The notes under the pieces were generated by a model that was not told the DNA's origin, did not search any database, and saw nothing but the letters and a program-made list of their open reading frames with translations. From NCBI GenBank assembly GCA_017609405.1, contig JAFCDZ010000001.1, positions 24,880-88,879 on the forward strand: DNA of 64,000 bases. The letters run 5' to 3'. A program made the translations under genes and the position numbers. Below, piece after piece: positions 29,634 through 39,698 of this stretch (position 1 is the first letter of the stretch; each line of letters opens with the position of its first letter). Origin of the DNA: Candidatus Pacearchaeota archaeon. Its GTDB lineage: Archaea > Nanobdellota > Nanobdellia > Pacearchaeales > GW2011-AR1.

Positions 29634-29944
29634 AAAACCTCTCTTTTAAAAAATTTATAAAAAGGTTTGAAAAAATATCTAAAAAAAGCAAAAGCTACTA
29701 AAATAAAAGAAAGAACATAAAATACCCAATACAAAAAAGAGATATCAATATCATAAAGATATAAATTATAGATTGTCAAAGCAGAAGCAGAAAAACCAAT
29801 GCCAAAACAAAGAGGTTTGTTTTTCTTGAACAAAATTCCTGCGACCCAATAATAAGTAATAAGAAACAAGATAAATAAAAGAGGATAAATAAAATCAAGA
29901 TTAGATAATGCATTCACTTGTTGAGATATAAAATATTCTGACAT
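29630..29944 (-). CDS. Membrane protein
   Basis: About 3 hydrophobic helices; 1 nt from the upstream gene. Confidence 0.65.
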   Translation of the reverse strand: MSEYFISQQVNALSNLDFIYPLLFILFLITYYWVAGILFKKNKPLCFGIGFSASALTIYNLYLYDIDISFLYWVFYVLSFILVAFAFFRYFFKPFYKFFKREVF

Positions 29945-29945
29945 C

Positions 29946-30650
29946 CTAATCCTCCTTTCCTAAAACATTGAAAAAAGTTTCCCAATATCTTCTAACATGG
30001 TCAAGGAATTTTCTATTGAATTCTTCTTGTTCCTGCTCTTCTCTTTTTTTCTGCTCTTCTTTAAGCATTTTAAGATATACAAAAAATGCATCAAACAATC
30101 TAAGAACAAAGGAAAATAAAACTAAAGCAATAAGAAAAATCCAATATCCATAGTCTGAAATAATAGAACTAAAAAATTTAGAAGTAATCTCAGATAAAAA
30201 AACAAAAAAACCTAATTGAGCCCCAATAACATTTAATAAAAAAGAGAAAATAATAGCTTTATCATAAAAAGTAGAAAATTGAAAAATATCATAAAAATAA
30301 CGCATAAGAATAAGCCACCAAAAAAAAGCAAATAAAAAAACAAAAGAAAATTCATATTTCATTCCAAGTATTATAATCCATATAAAATTAAGTTTCTCTA
30401 AAAGAGCATTCATATAATAAAAAAATTTAATATTAGACAATCTTTTTTTCCACTCAAATTTGAGATAATCGCTGCTTTTTCCAGAAGAGATATCATCTGC
30501 AATATAATTAACAGTTTCAATACCTTCTTCTAATTTTTCCCCGCTCTGAATTAATTCATCAGGATTAAGAGAATATGCTTTAGCAACTAAGAGAATGATT
30601 AATATAGATAAAAGAATAAATAATATACCTCTTTTTTGCCTTAAATCCAT
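29946..30650 (-). CDS. Membrane protein
   Basis: Multiple TM segments and a charged coiled-coil tail. Confidence 0.7.
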   Translation of the reverse strand: MDLRQKRGILFILLSILIILLVAKAYSLNPDELIQSGEKLEEGIETVNYIADDISSGKSSDYLKFEWKKRLSNIKFFYYMNALLEKLNFIWIIILGMKYEFSFVFLFAFFWWLILMRYFYDIFQFSTFYDKAIIFSFLLNVIGAQLGFFVFLSEITSKFFSSIISDYGYWIFLIALVLFSFVLRLFDAFFVYLKMLKEEQKKREEQEQEEFNRKFLDHVRRYWETFFNVLGKED

Positions 30651-31032
30651 AATAAAAAAAGGAACCTCTCATTTAAAAAATTAGTGATAATTGGGCAATA
30701 AATATTCTGTTGGAAAAGGAGTTGTTGAAAGACTTTGATTTAAATGAAAGAGTTAACAAGAGGATATTCTTCGTTAGGTTCAACATTTCCAAGCAGGTTA
30801 AACAAGTGCTTCTGTTTTAGTTAGGTTCATAAAAGCTGAGCAATCCCTTGAATTGCTGAACATCTGAACATTGCCTCAAAAAAATTAGATGCTAATTAAA
30901 ATATAAGAAAAAAGGATTAATTGAAAAGATAAAAGAATACCCCACTTATCCTATTTTTAGATATCCAGTTCATGAGTTTATTATCTCATTTAAGAATTAA
31001 TTTCCCTAACTCTCAGGGGGTTGTTATAATTA

Positions 31033-31995
31033 TCAGGATTCTTCTGTAGCTACTCTCTTAATTCCTTTAAGAAAAGTCATTGCTTGCTTAGCAGTTGTAA
31101 TATTCTGACCAATTGCTTTCTCCTCATGCAATAATTTCTTAAGAGCATATTTTCTTGCAGCATATTTCCTAAGAGGAGTAATAAAAAACATTTCAAAACC
31201 AAAGAAAGCTACTATATTTGAAGCTAATGCGAGAACAATCCCAAAAACACCTAGTCCCATAAATAAAGCAATTGAAACAAGAGCCATCTGTCGAATAAAA
31301 CCAATTTGCCCCATTACAATAGCTAAAATAATTGCAACACCCCAATCAAATCCTGGACTTAAAGTAGAAAAAGATCTAAAGATGTCAGCAAACACAAGGA
31401 TAAATAACACAACAAGTAACCCCAAAACAATAATTGAAGAACCTGCTCCGATTTCATCTATTAAAGCTTGAGGAATATTTGGAACAAATAAAAAAAGAAC
31501 AGTAGATAAAGCTGCTGAAACATAAGGAAGATTAATATTAAGATTATCTTTAAGAACATCGTGAATAGGTATAAGATTATCACTTGAAGATAATGCAATT
31601 ACTTGTTTATGAAAATTAGTTATAGTGCTATCTAAAAAAGAACCTTTAAATGGAAAAATTGGCCCAGCAAAAGCCATAACAATGATATATAAAAATAATG
31701 TAATTCCAATACCGGCTAATAAAGTATAAGACCACTTATCTGTAGCTTTGTGAATAATAAAGATAAGAGTACCAACAATAACAGCAATAACACCAAAAAG
31801 AACCATATTATTAAGATTATTTGTAAATGAAGGAAAATATGATAAACCTAAAAGAAAAAGAACAACGAGAAGAGCTATCACCAACCCTGGAGAAACGCCG
31901 CCCATTGAAAAAAAACCAGAACTTCTTTTAGTTTTAAAAGATACACTATCAGAGTTTTCAGGAGATGGTGCATTCCCTGGAATACCAACTGCCAT
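31033..31995 (-). CDS. Multi-pass membrane protein
   Basis: 320 aa with about 7 TM segments; SD GGAGG upstream. Confidence 0.7.
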   Translation of the reverse strand: MAVGIPGNAPSPENSDSVSFKTKRSSGFFSMGGVSPGLVIALLVVLFLLGLSYFPSFTNNLNNMVLFGVIAVIVGTLIFIIHKATDKWSYTLLAGIGITLFLYIIVMAFAGPIFPFKGSFLDSTITNFHKQVIALSSSDNLIPIHDVLKDNLNINLPYVSAALSTVLFLFVPNIPQALIDEIGAGSSIIVLGLLVVLFILVFADIFRSFSTLSPGFDWGVAIILAIVMGQIGFIRQMALVSIALFMGLGVFGIVLALASNIVAFFGFEMFFITPLRKYAARKYALKKLLHEEKAIGQNITTAKQAMTFLKGIKRVATEES

Positions 31996-32115
31996 ATCAA
32001 TTAATCCCTCCTTTTATTTTAAATAAATTAAATAACTCCATAACCTAAATAAAAATCTTTTATTTATAAAGATTTCGTAATTTTTTTGAATAATATTTCA
32101 CAAACCCCCAACCCC

Positions 32116-33153
32116 CTAAAACCACTCCCCCAAGCCTTTTTGACTTTGTTTTTTTCGAGCATCTCGAAGTTTTTCAAGCTGTTTTTCAACTCTTTCAGGA
32201 GAAAAATCATGCCTCTCAATTAAGATTTCTTTTATCTTTTCTTCATTAATTTTTGGAAAATTCAATTCAACATCTTTAACAGCAGGTTTATGAAACAATT
32301 CAAAAATATCTCTCCAATCAAACCTATCTTCTTCAGGAAGAGAAAGAATTTTTTCTTCAACAAATTCAAATATTTTAATTGGGTATTTATATTTACGAAC
32401 AATTTCAAGGGCTTTTTTTTGTCCAATTCCTGGAACTCCTTTTGGATTATAATCAGTTCCAACCAAAATTCCAAGACAGATTAATTGGTCCAAATCAATT
32501 TCAAGAGAGCTTAAGACATTTGATAATTCAATTTCAACAGGAAAAATCTCTTTATATCCAAAAGCAGTTTTCCTCCTTCGAGAAATTGTAAGGTTTTGAA
32601 TGAGCCTCTTTGCCCCAAACAACAAACTATCATAATCCTGGCTAACAACAGAATAAATTTCAGGTTTTTTAGTTAAAAAAGAAGCTTCTGCCTCCCCCTC
32701 CCCCGGAGCCTGAACAACTAAAATCCCCATAGCTTCAAGAAGCTCCTTACTCTCATTAATCATCTCATCATTTAATCTAACTAACTGGCTTGAATATCTT
32801 TTCATAGCATCTAAATCTCCTTCTTTCTTAGCAGACTCATATTTTTCAAAAGCAATTTCTCTTGTCTTCTGGCGAACCTCATGAATCTTTTCTTTTAATT
32901 CAGGAGGTTTTCCGTCAAAAACATAGATTAACTTCAAACCATCAACAAGAAGCGAGATATTTCTATAAAAAATCCCTGAAAGATGACTTGTAACATTTCC
33001 TCTTTTATCCATTAAAGGAGTTCCATCCATCTGCCTGATTGAGGATAAAAATTGATAGAGAACATTAAAAGCATCAACACAAAAAATTTTTCCGCTTAAT
33101 TCTTTAACTGAAATCTCTTTCTTTGGAATTATCTCACCAATATTCAAACCCAT
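32116..33153 (-). CDS. fen: Flap endonuclease 1
   Basis: DAFNVLYQFLSSIRQ.DG, VFDG, EGEAEA, SQDYD, GTDYN; C-terminal PIP box QKGLGEWF. Confidence 0.97.
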   Translation of the reverse strand: MGLNIGEIIPKKEISVKELSGKIFCVDAFNVLYQFLSSIRQMDGTPLMDKRGNVTSHLSGIFYRNISLLVDGLKLIYVFDGKPPELKEKIHEVRQKTREIAFEKYESAKKEGDLDAMKRYSSQLVRLNDEMINESKELLEAMGILVVQAPGEGEAEASFLTKKPEIYSVVSQDYDSLLFGAKRLIQNLTISRRRKTAFGYKEIFPVEIELSNVLSSLEIDLDQLICLGILVGTDYNPKGVPGIGQKKALEIVRKYKYPIKIFEFVEEKILSLPEEDRFDWRDIFELFHKPAVKDVELNFPKINEEKIKEILIERHDFSPERVEKQLEKLRDARKKQSQKGLGEWF

Positions 33154-33195
33154 ATAAAGAGATAATACTAAGGATATAAATAATTATCTAAAAAA

Positions 33196-33344
33196 TGGAC
33201 CCGGAGGGAATCGGGCCTCACAGCAACACTGAAGCTCGACCTAATTCGTCTACTCCCTTCAGTCGTAGCCAAATAGGCCTCATATCAAAGATATTCGACC
33301 TGCTTCGCCCAAGCGTGGTCAAAGCAAACCTAAAGGTTCGATTA
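33196..33344 (-). repeat. tRNA-linked hairpin cassette (131 nt, two internal modules) plus 18-nt duplicate of tRNA-Arg 3' end
   Basis: 33196-33213 identical to 33345-33362; GGCCTCA...TCGACCT module occurs twice. Confidence 0.92.
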
Positions 33345-33416
33345 TGGACCCGGAGGGAATCGAACCCCCACCAGCCGGGCCGAAACCGGATATTCTATCC
33401 ATTAAACTACGGGTCC
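33345..33416 (-). tRNA. tRNA-Arg(UCG)
   Basis: GGACCCG/CGGGTCC acceptor stem, anticodon loop TT-TCG-GC, T-loop TTCGATT. Confidence 0.9.
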
Positions 33417-33682
33417 AATCTAATAAAGAAGATAAGGTTTTTTAATTTATTCATAAGACAATTTAGTTGAAAAATTCGTCTTAGAAATTAATTCATACAA
33501 CCAAAGGAGTTAGTAAAAAAGTTTCACATCATTATCAGTAATAAAACATCTTGCTCAACAAGCTAAAAATTAAAGAGCTTGTTAAACCCTAACTAAATGC
33601 TGACCACGCCAAAATTTATCGCACTAACACTTCAATATTTTCAAAACCAAAAAAATAAAAATAGAAAAAAACATAAAGAGAA

Positions 33683-34690
33683 ATGAAAAGAGATGTTTTT
33701 TATGCAGTAATGATTATTATAGGAACTTGCATTGGAGCAGGTTTTCTTGGAATACCTTATGTTGCTGCAAAAACTAATTTTTTTATTGCTCTTTTAGAGC
33801 TTATATTAATTGGAGCACTCATTCTAATAATCAATTTAATGCTTGGAAAGATAGCAATAAAAACAAAAGAAAACCATCAACTATCAGGCTACGCCATGAA
33901 ATATCTTGGAAAAAAAGGATATTATCTCATGCAATTTTCAATGCTTGTCGGAATCTACTCTGCTATAATAGCCTACTTAATTGGGATAGGAAAAAGTCTC
34001 TCAATTCTCACATCATATGATTACTTCACATTATCAATAGCAACAGGAATAATCACAGCAATTATATTAAAAGGAAACCTTAGTGCAGTAAAGAGTTTTG
34101 AAAAATGGGCAAACCTCTTAATCCTCACAATTATTTTAATATTAACTTTTTCATTCTTAAATAAAATAGATTATCAAAATTTTCTAATAATAAACTCAAA
34201 AAATGTTTTCCTTCCTTTTGGAGTAATCTTATTTGCAATGCTCTCTTTTGCAGCAATCCCTCAAGCAAAAATAATCTTAAAAAATAAGAAGGATTTAAAA
34301 AAAGCTATAATAATTGGAACAATAATACCAATTATATTTTATGCCTTATTTACTTTTATTGTTGTTGGATATCTTGGACCAAACACACCCCAAGTATCTA
34401 CACTAGCACTTGGAAAAGCATCAATAATTCTTGGTATATTAACAATGCTCACATCATATATTGCATTAGGAAACGCCTTACAAGAAGAATTTGTATTTGA
34501 TGAAAAAATAAACAAAAGAACCTCATGGTTATTAGTTACAAGCATCCCTGTAGCAGTCTTTATTTTAATGAATTTACTAAAAATAGATTCATTCGCTTAT
34601 GTTCTCTCAGTAGGGGGAAATGTCTCAGGAATACTCACAATAGTTCTTATAATTGCAATGTATATGAAATCATTTAAGTTTCTTAATTAA
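33683..34690 (+). CDS. Aromatic amino-acid permease family transporter
   Basis: IGTCIGAGFLGIP and ~10-11 TM segments. Confidence 0.85.
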   Translation: MKRDVFYAVMIIIGTCIGAGFLGIPYVAAKTNFFIALLELILIGALILIINLMLGKIAIKTKENHQLSGYAMKYLGKKGYYLMQFSMLVGIYSAIIAYLIGIGKSLSILTSYDYFTLSIATGIITAIILKGNLSAVKSFEKWANLLILTIILILTFSFLNKIDYQNFLIINSKNVFLPFGVILFAMLSFAAIPQAKIILKNKKDLKKAIIIGTIIPIIFYALFTFIVVGYLGPNTPQVSTLALGKASIILGILTMLTSYIALGNALQEEFVFDEKINKRTSWLLVTSIPVAVFILMNLLKIDSFAYVLSVGGNVSGILTIVLIIAMYMKSFKFLN

Positions 34691-36028
34691 TAAGGAGCGG
34701 ACAATTGAATAATCAGCCATGTTTTGGGTTTTTCTCATAACCTGTCCAATTAAAAAATTGATTGCCTTTTCTTCGCCATTTTTATAATCTTCCACTGCTT
34801 TTTTATTTTCTCTCAAAACCTCGTCAATCAAATTAGATATTTTATCCTCGTCTTGAACAATTTTCCCACTAACCTCTTTTGAAGGAGAAAAAGATTTAGG
34901 AATCCATTTTCTCAAAATTTCTTTTGCTTTTAATTCAGTTATTTTTTTATTCATAATCAAATCCAAAAGTTCAACAAAATGTTTTTCAGAAATCTCGACA
35001 TCTTCAAGTTCTTTTTTATTATAATTCAAAACATTTCTTAATTCAATAACAACCCATCGAACAGCGAGAGAAGGTTCTGTTTTGTCAATAATATTTTCGA
35101 AAAATTCTGCTATTGCAAGATCTTTAACAAGAATTTCAGCGTATTTTTTTTCAATTTTATATTTTTTTATTAACTTATCTAATTTTTCTAAAGGAGTTTC
35201 TGGAAGATTTTCTTTAATCTTTCTGATTCTCTTTTTATCTATTTTAATAACAGGCAAATCAGGATCAGTTAAAAAACGATAATCTTCAGCATTCTCTTTT
35301 AACCTCATTAAAATAGTTTTTCCAGATGAAAAAGCTCTTGTTTCTTGCTTTTTCGGAACCTCTTTCTCTTGCCTTGAAACCTCATAATCAATAGCTTTTT
35401 GAATATTTTTAATAGAATTAACATTTTTTATCTCTACCCTTGCCCCTTTTTTTGATGGAAGAGAAACATTAACATCGCATTTTATTCCTGCTGATTTATC
35501 TAAAGCTTTGACGTAACTAAGCGTATGAATTAATTTTCTCAACCAATCAACAACCTGTTCTGAGGTTTCAAAATCTGGTTCAGTGACTATTTCAACAAGA
35601 GGAAGCCCTGAACGATTGTAATCTATCTCTCCTGTCTCAGGATTCCACGCAGCAGGATCTTCCTCAAGATGACATTCTTTTATCCTTATTCCTAAAAAAT
35701 TACCATCAACACCATTAGGAACAGAATAAGCTCCTGAAATAGTATCCTGATAACCTTTCGGTAAATCAGGCCAATTATAGTGCTTCCTCTGCCAATAAAT
35801 TTTCTCATTGACTTTGCAACCCAACAAAAGAGCTATCTGAATTATTTTATCAATTGCTTCTTTATTTGGAGGCATAGGTTTTGCACCTGGTTGTCCAGTA
35901 CAAATTGGGCAAATATTTGTATTAGGTTTTGTTAATTTAGCACCATGAATTGCTTTGCAAGAGCAGAAAAGCTTTTCAGAAGTATTAAGATAACCATGAA
36001 TTTCCAAACCAATTTTTGCTTTAACCAT
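34670..36028 (-). CDS. gatB: Asp/Glu-tRNA amidotransferase subunit B
   Basis: GLEIH, CPICTGQPG, RKHY..PDLPKGYQ, HLEED, DYNRSG.PLVEIVTEPD, DYRF..DPDL; no GatE insertion. Confidence 0.9.
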   Translation of the reverse strand: MVKAKIGLEIHGYLNTSEKLFCSCKAIHGAKLTKPNTNICPICTGQPGAKPMPPNKEAIDKIIQIALLLGCKVNEKIYWQRKHYNWPDLPKGYQDTISGAYSVPNGVDGNFLGIRIKECHLEEDPAAWNPETGEIDYNRSGLPLVEIVTEPDFETSEQVVDWLRKLIHTLSYVKALDKSAGIKCDVNVSLPSKKGARVEIKNVNSIKNIQKAIDYEVSRQEKEVPKKQETRAFSSGKTILMRLKENAEDYRFLTDPDLPVIKIDKKRIRKIKENLPETPLEKLDKLIKKYKIEKKYAEILVKDLAIAEFFENIIDKTEPSLAVRWVVIELRNVLNYNKKELEDVEISEKHFVELLDLIMNKKITELKAKEILRKWIPKSFSPSKEVSGKIVQDEDKISNLIDEVLRENKKAVEDYKNGEEKAINFLIGQVMRKTQNMADYSIVRSLLIKKLK

Positions 36029-36078
36029 AAAAAAAAGAAAAAAGAAAGGTTTTTATATTTTAGGAAAAAGAGAACACT

Positions 36079-36345
36079 ATGAAAAATACAATAAAAATAA
36101 AAGCAATAATATCAAGTTCTTTAATTGTTTCTTTTTTAATAACCACATTAACAGGTATTGGACTATACTTTGCCCCTTCTGAAAGAATAGCAAGAGCAAC
36201 AAACTGGACTTTTTTATCTTTTAGCAAAACATCTCTTGAGAATGTCCATACAATTTTCGGATTTATAATGGCTGCATTAATAATCATTCATTTTTTATTA
36301 AACTACAAACTTTTTAAAGGAGAGATAAAAGCATTAAACAAATAA
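36079..36345 (+). CDS. DUF4405-like small membrane protein
   Basis: Two TM segments with H...H (VHTIFG...IIIHFLLN). Confidence 0.65.
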   Translation: MKNTIKIKAIISSSLIVSFLITTLTGIGLYFAPSERIARATNWTFLSFSKTSLENVHTIFGFIMAALIIIHFLLNYKLFKGEIKALNK

Positions 36346-36810
36346 TCACTTTTTCAATCTTCTTGCCTTTGGAATAAAATTAGTTATCTTATTTTCAGAC
36401 GCTTTTCCTGTTCCCAAAAAATCATCTCCAGATTTCATGATTAAAAAATCTCTCTTTCCAGTTGATATAAGAAGCTCTTGGCCTTTCATCCATTCAAAAA
36501 CTTCATTTTCAGAAAGCTCATAGATATTCTTCGAAATTTGATCTTTCAACAATTGACTACCCTCAATACTTAATCTTATCTTATCATTTTGTATTTTTCC
36601 AAAATAAACACCAATTCTATCAATGTCAAGAAAATCAAGTAGTTTAAGCAACTCCTCTTTGTTAAGATTACCAGTAAAAAGATAAATCTTACCTTCATTC
36701 CTCTGAACAAGCAATCCATCAAGAGCCTTAATACCAAATTGCTCCTTAAGTTTATTAATAAACTGTTTTTTCTCCTCTTCATTCAAAATCTTTAGTTTAG
36801 ATTCTCTCAT
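36346..36810 (-). CDS. NIP7/PUA-like partner of RNA m5C methyltransferase
   Basis: IGVYFGK, IRLSIEGSQL, NFIPKARR; directly downstream of the NOL1/NOP2 gene. Confidence 0.75.
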   Translation of the reverse strand: MRESKLKILNEEEKKQFINKLKEQFGIKALDGLLVQRNEGKIYLFTGNLNKEELLKLLDFLDIDRIGVYFGKIQNDKIRLSIEGSQLLKDQISKNIYELSENEVFEWMKGQELLISTGKRDFLIMKSGDDFLGTGKASENKITNFIPKARRLKK

Positions 36811-37103
36811 CTTATGACACCTCCATTCACCTCCTTGAGTTTCCTAAATTTGGCGATGAAAAATCCTTCTGCTCAGGACCCTTCATTGGGATTAATACCT
36901 CCTTCTAACTCTCTAACTTTCTTAAATTTGGCAATGAAAAATCCTTCTGCTCAGGACCCTTCATTGGGATTAATACCTCCTTCTAACTCTCTAACTTTCC
37001 TAAATTTGGCAATGAAAAATCCTTCTGCTCAGGACCCTTCATTGGGATTAATACCTCCTTCTAACTCTCTAACTTTCCTAAATTTGGCAATGAAAAATCC
37101 TTC
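36807..37103 (-). repeat. Three 78-bp tandem copies of the methyltransferase 3' end plus displaced original 3' end
   Basis: Units 37026-37103, 36948-37025, 36870-36947 (one SNP at 36922); diverged fourth copy at 36807-36869. Confidence 0.93.
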
Positions 37104-38045
37104 GGTATCATTGTCTTGAGGATAGATTCTTCTACAAAGCCTAACTCTCGAATCAAAAGAAACACCCTCCCACTCTAAAATACCCTCACGAGACTTTAAT
37201 TCTTTTGGAAGTTCAGGTTCTATAATCTCAATACTATCGCCCAAAAACCCAAGAATATCACTAACAACTCCTTCATTTTCTTCTGGAGCATGTGTACAGG
37301 TGCTGTAAATAATCTCCCCTCCTTTTTTAAGCAACTTAAATGCACTTAGAAATAATCTTTTCTGAATCCTTGGCAAACTTTTAACAGTCTTAATGTTCCA
37401 CATAATATAAGTCTGATAAGAAGAACGTAGAGTTCCTTCCCCAGAGCAAGGAGCATCTATAAGTATTTTGTCAAATTTGAATTCTGGATAATTTTTTAAG
37501 AACCTGTTGCAAAAAGCAGAACCCTCCTTTCTTGTCAAAAGAACATTTGCAACACCGCATCTTTCAAGATTAGACGCAAGAATTCTTAATCTTCCCAAAC
37601 TAATTTCATTTGCAAAAATTACTCCTTTATTTTTCATCTCTGAAGCAAGTTGCGTTGTTTTGCTTCCTGGTGCAGCGCATAAATCCAAAATTCTTTCTCC
37701 GGGCTTTGGTTTAAGGGCAATTACTGGAAGCATTGATGCAAGCTCTTGAATATAATAATATCCCAATAAATGCTCTAATGCTCTTCCAAGCTCTCCTGGC
37801 TCAAGTTCATTTTCAACAATCATAACTTCTGAATGCTCTTTCCATGGTTGAGAAATTTTCCATCCTTTATTTTCTAATCTTTGTTTCAGTTTTTCAGGAG
37901 CTATTTTTAAAGTATTACACCTAAAAGATTTAACTGGAGGGACCTTAATAATTTCAAGATACTTCTTAAAATCTTCTCCAGAGAGAAGTTTTTTCATTCT
38001 TTCAAGAAATAAAAGTTTTAATTCAGGAGGCTTTCTCTGGCTCAT
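37029..38045 (-). CDS. NOL1/NOP2/Sun (RsmB/Trm4-like) RNA m5C methyltransferase
   Basis: YYIQELAS, LDLCAAPGSKT, DAPCSGEG, YSTCT..PEENE, EGFFIAK. Confidence 0.95.
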   Translation of the reverse strand: MSQRKPPELKLLFLERMKKLLSGEDFKKYLEIIKVPPVKSFRCNTLKIAPEKLKQRLENKGWKISQPWKEHSEVMIVENELEPGELGRALEHLLGYYYIQELASMLPVIALKPKPGERILDLCAAPGSKTTQLASEMKNKGVIFANEISLGRLRILASNLERCGVANVLLTRKEGSAFCNRFLKNYPEFKFDKILIDAPCSGEGTLRSSYQTYIMWNIKTVKSLPRIQKRLFLSAFKLLKKGGEIIYSTCTHAPEENEGVVSDILGFLGDSIEIIEPELPKELKSREGILEWEGVSFDSRVRLCRRIYPQDNDTEGFFIAKFRKVRELEGGINPNEGS

Positions 38046-38095
38046 AAAGGAACATAATTAAATGACTTTATAAATTTTGATTCTTTCTAAAAACC

Positions 38096-38761
38096 CTAAA
38101 GAATCTCTACAATATTTTTAACATTCTTCTTTAAAGAATAAAGCATTGGCGGACGATGTGAGACATTCTTATCAATCCCCTCTTCTTTTAAAATACCCAA
38201 GGATAAAATCTTTTTTCTAAAATTTCGTTTATCAAATTTTTTATTAAAAACAATTTCATAAATTTTCTGAAGTTGGCTTAGAGTAAATTTTTTTGGCAAA
38301 AGAGAAAAGCCCACAAGAGTATATTCAAATTTCCACCTCAATCTTTGAAGAGCATATTTTAATATTTTCTCATGGTCAAACGCAAGCTTTGGAATTTTAT
38401 CAATAGGAAACCATTTTGCTTCAGAAGCATCTGTTGAAGATTTTAATTTTAATTTTTCAGAATTAATGAGTGCAAAATAAGTAACAGTAATAACCCTTCC
38501 TCGTGGATCTCTTTTAACATCTCCAAAGGTGTATAGTTGCTCAAGATAGTCAGCTTCAACTCCTGTTTCTTCTTTTAATTCCCTTATAGCAGCATCTTCT
38601 AAACTCTCATCTATTCTCACAAATCCTCCAGGAATTGCCCACGCTCCTTTAAAGGGACTGATTTTTCTTTTAATTAATAAAACATTGAGTTGATTATTAC
38701 GAATAGTAAAAATAAGTATGTCAACAGTTACTGATGGTTGAGGATAATCTGTCAATGCCAT
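38096..38761 (-). CDS. nrtR: NrtR transcriptional regulator (Nudix plus wHTH)
   Basis: WAIPGGF, Nudix box AAIRELKEETG, RDPRGRV, LAFDH, FTLSQLQ..YE, DKRNFR. Confidence 0.92.
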   Translation of the reverse strand: MALTDYPQPSVTVDILIFTIRNNQLNVLLIKRKISPFKGAWAIPGGFVRIDESLEDAAIRELKEETGVEADYLEQLYTFGDVKRDPRGRVITVTYFALINSEKLKLKSSTDASEAKWFPIDKIPKLAFDHEKILKYALQRLRWKFEYTLVGFSLLPKKFTLSQLQKIYEIVFNKKFDKRNFRKKILSLGILKEEGIDKNVSHRPPMLYSLKKNVKNIVEIL

Positions 38762-38780
38762 ATTGTAATTTATACATTTA
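38760..38780. promoter_or_regulatory. NrtR operator (autoregulatory)
   Basis: ATATTGT-AATTTAT-ACATTTA: GT-N7-AC core between the TATA box and the nrtR ATG. Confidence 0.7.
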
Positions 38781-38867
38781 GTTATTTAAATGTTTTTAAT
38801 CTTAAAAATTTTTGCTATCAAATGCCAATTCTAGCAATTTCTGAGAGAATAAATGCGAGTTATATTT

Positions 38868-39698
38868 TTATGTAGCATTTTTATTTTTTAAATATCCCTC
38901 AATAATGAAGTATTCTCTTGAAAGAACTCCATTAGAAAAATAATTTAAAGAATTAACACTTGTTTCAACAGTTCTCCAAAATGAGACTTTCACTCCATAA
39001 ATATCAAGAATGGGTGATCTCTCAAATTCATCAACTTGGGGAAATTTTTTTCTTACCCTTTCATAGAATTTTTCAAAAGCTTCGATATGCTCCATCATCT
39101 CTTTCTCTCTAGTATCTGTAGATATTCTTCTAACCTGAAAATATCCTATCTGTGGATATTGTGATACAAACATGATTAAATCTAAAATTTCATCAACATT
39201 CTGTGTTGTCACAACTGTTGCGACTCTTTGTGGAATTGTCACGTTTCTAAAAATATAATCAAAATAAGGAATTTTTCTTACACCAGTTATTTCCTGCATT
39301 GTTTCTTCATTCAAGGTTAACATAGTATAACTCACAGACTTTCTACATCTGTTGATTGTAGCTATTTTTCTGTGTGCTAAAAGTCCGTTAGTCCTCAAAC
39401 CAGCCATGAATCCTTCTCTTTGTAAATAATCGATTAATTCATCTAAATGTCTATATAGGAGAGGGTCTGTATTTTGTCCAGTTATGTAAATATTTCTGAC
39501 ACTCTGCCTCTTGCATAATGCTAAAAATTCAGCTAAATTTGGCAACCTTGAGGGCGGAGTATCTAAGGAGTTATATTTTAAAAATTCTTCTTCTAAATCT
39601 TTGCCAAGGCAAAAAAAACAATCAAGATTACATTTTCCTAAAAGATTTATATTCGCAAATGAATATCTGCCCCTATTTCTATTTTTCCTTATCATCAT
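38868..39698 (-). CDS. Radical SAM protein of unknown function
   Basis: CNLDCFFC (CxxxCxxC), ITGQNTDPL, LRTNG. Confidence 0.88.
   Translation of the reverse strand: MMIRKNRNRGRYSFANINLLGKCNLDCFFCLGKDLEEEFLKYNSLDTPPSRLPNLAEFLALCKRQSVRNIYITGQNTDPLLYRHLDELIDYLQREGFMAGLRTNGLLAHRKIATINRCRKSVSYTMLTLNEETMQEITGVRKIPYFDYIFRNVTIPQRVATVVTTQNVDEILDLIMFVSQYPQIGYFQVRRISTDTREKEMMEHIEAFEKFYERVRKKFPQVDEFERSPILDIYGVKVSFWRTVETSVNSLNYFSNGVLSREYFIIEGYLKNKNAT

Noticed and set aside
30655-31030. 375-bp intergenic region with short repeats (GTTAGGTTCA x2, CTGAACAT x2)
   Set aside because: No convincing ORF, long stem or similarity to the cassette family.
14120-33153. tatD and fen lying directly downstream of tRNA cassettes as the mobilising enzymes
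   Set aside because: Both are ordinary housekeeping nucleases and the other three loci lack such neighbours; likely coincidence.
33195-33470. 91-aa + strand ORF
   Set aside because: It is the antisense reading of tRNA-Arg and its cassette.
36870-37031. UGA recoding (selenocysteine or alternative genetic code)
   Set aside because: TGA is used as a normal stop in many genes here (ATGA overlaps), and the UGA is not at a catalytic Cys position.
27377-37103. CRISPR array interpretation of the tandem repeats
   Set aside because: Units are 78-86 bp, contiguous, with no unique spacers, and no cas genes are in the window.
36814-37119. 101-aa + strand repeat protein (26-aa units)
   Set aside because: It is the shadow of the 78-bp tandem repeat on the methyltransferase strand.
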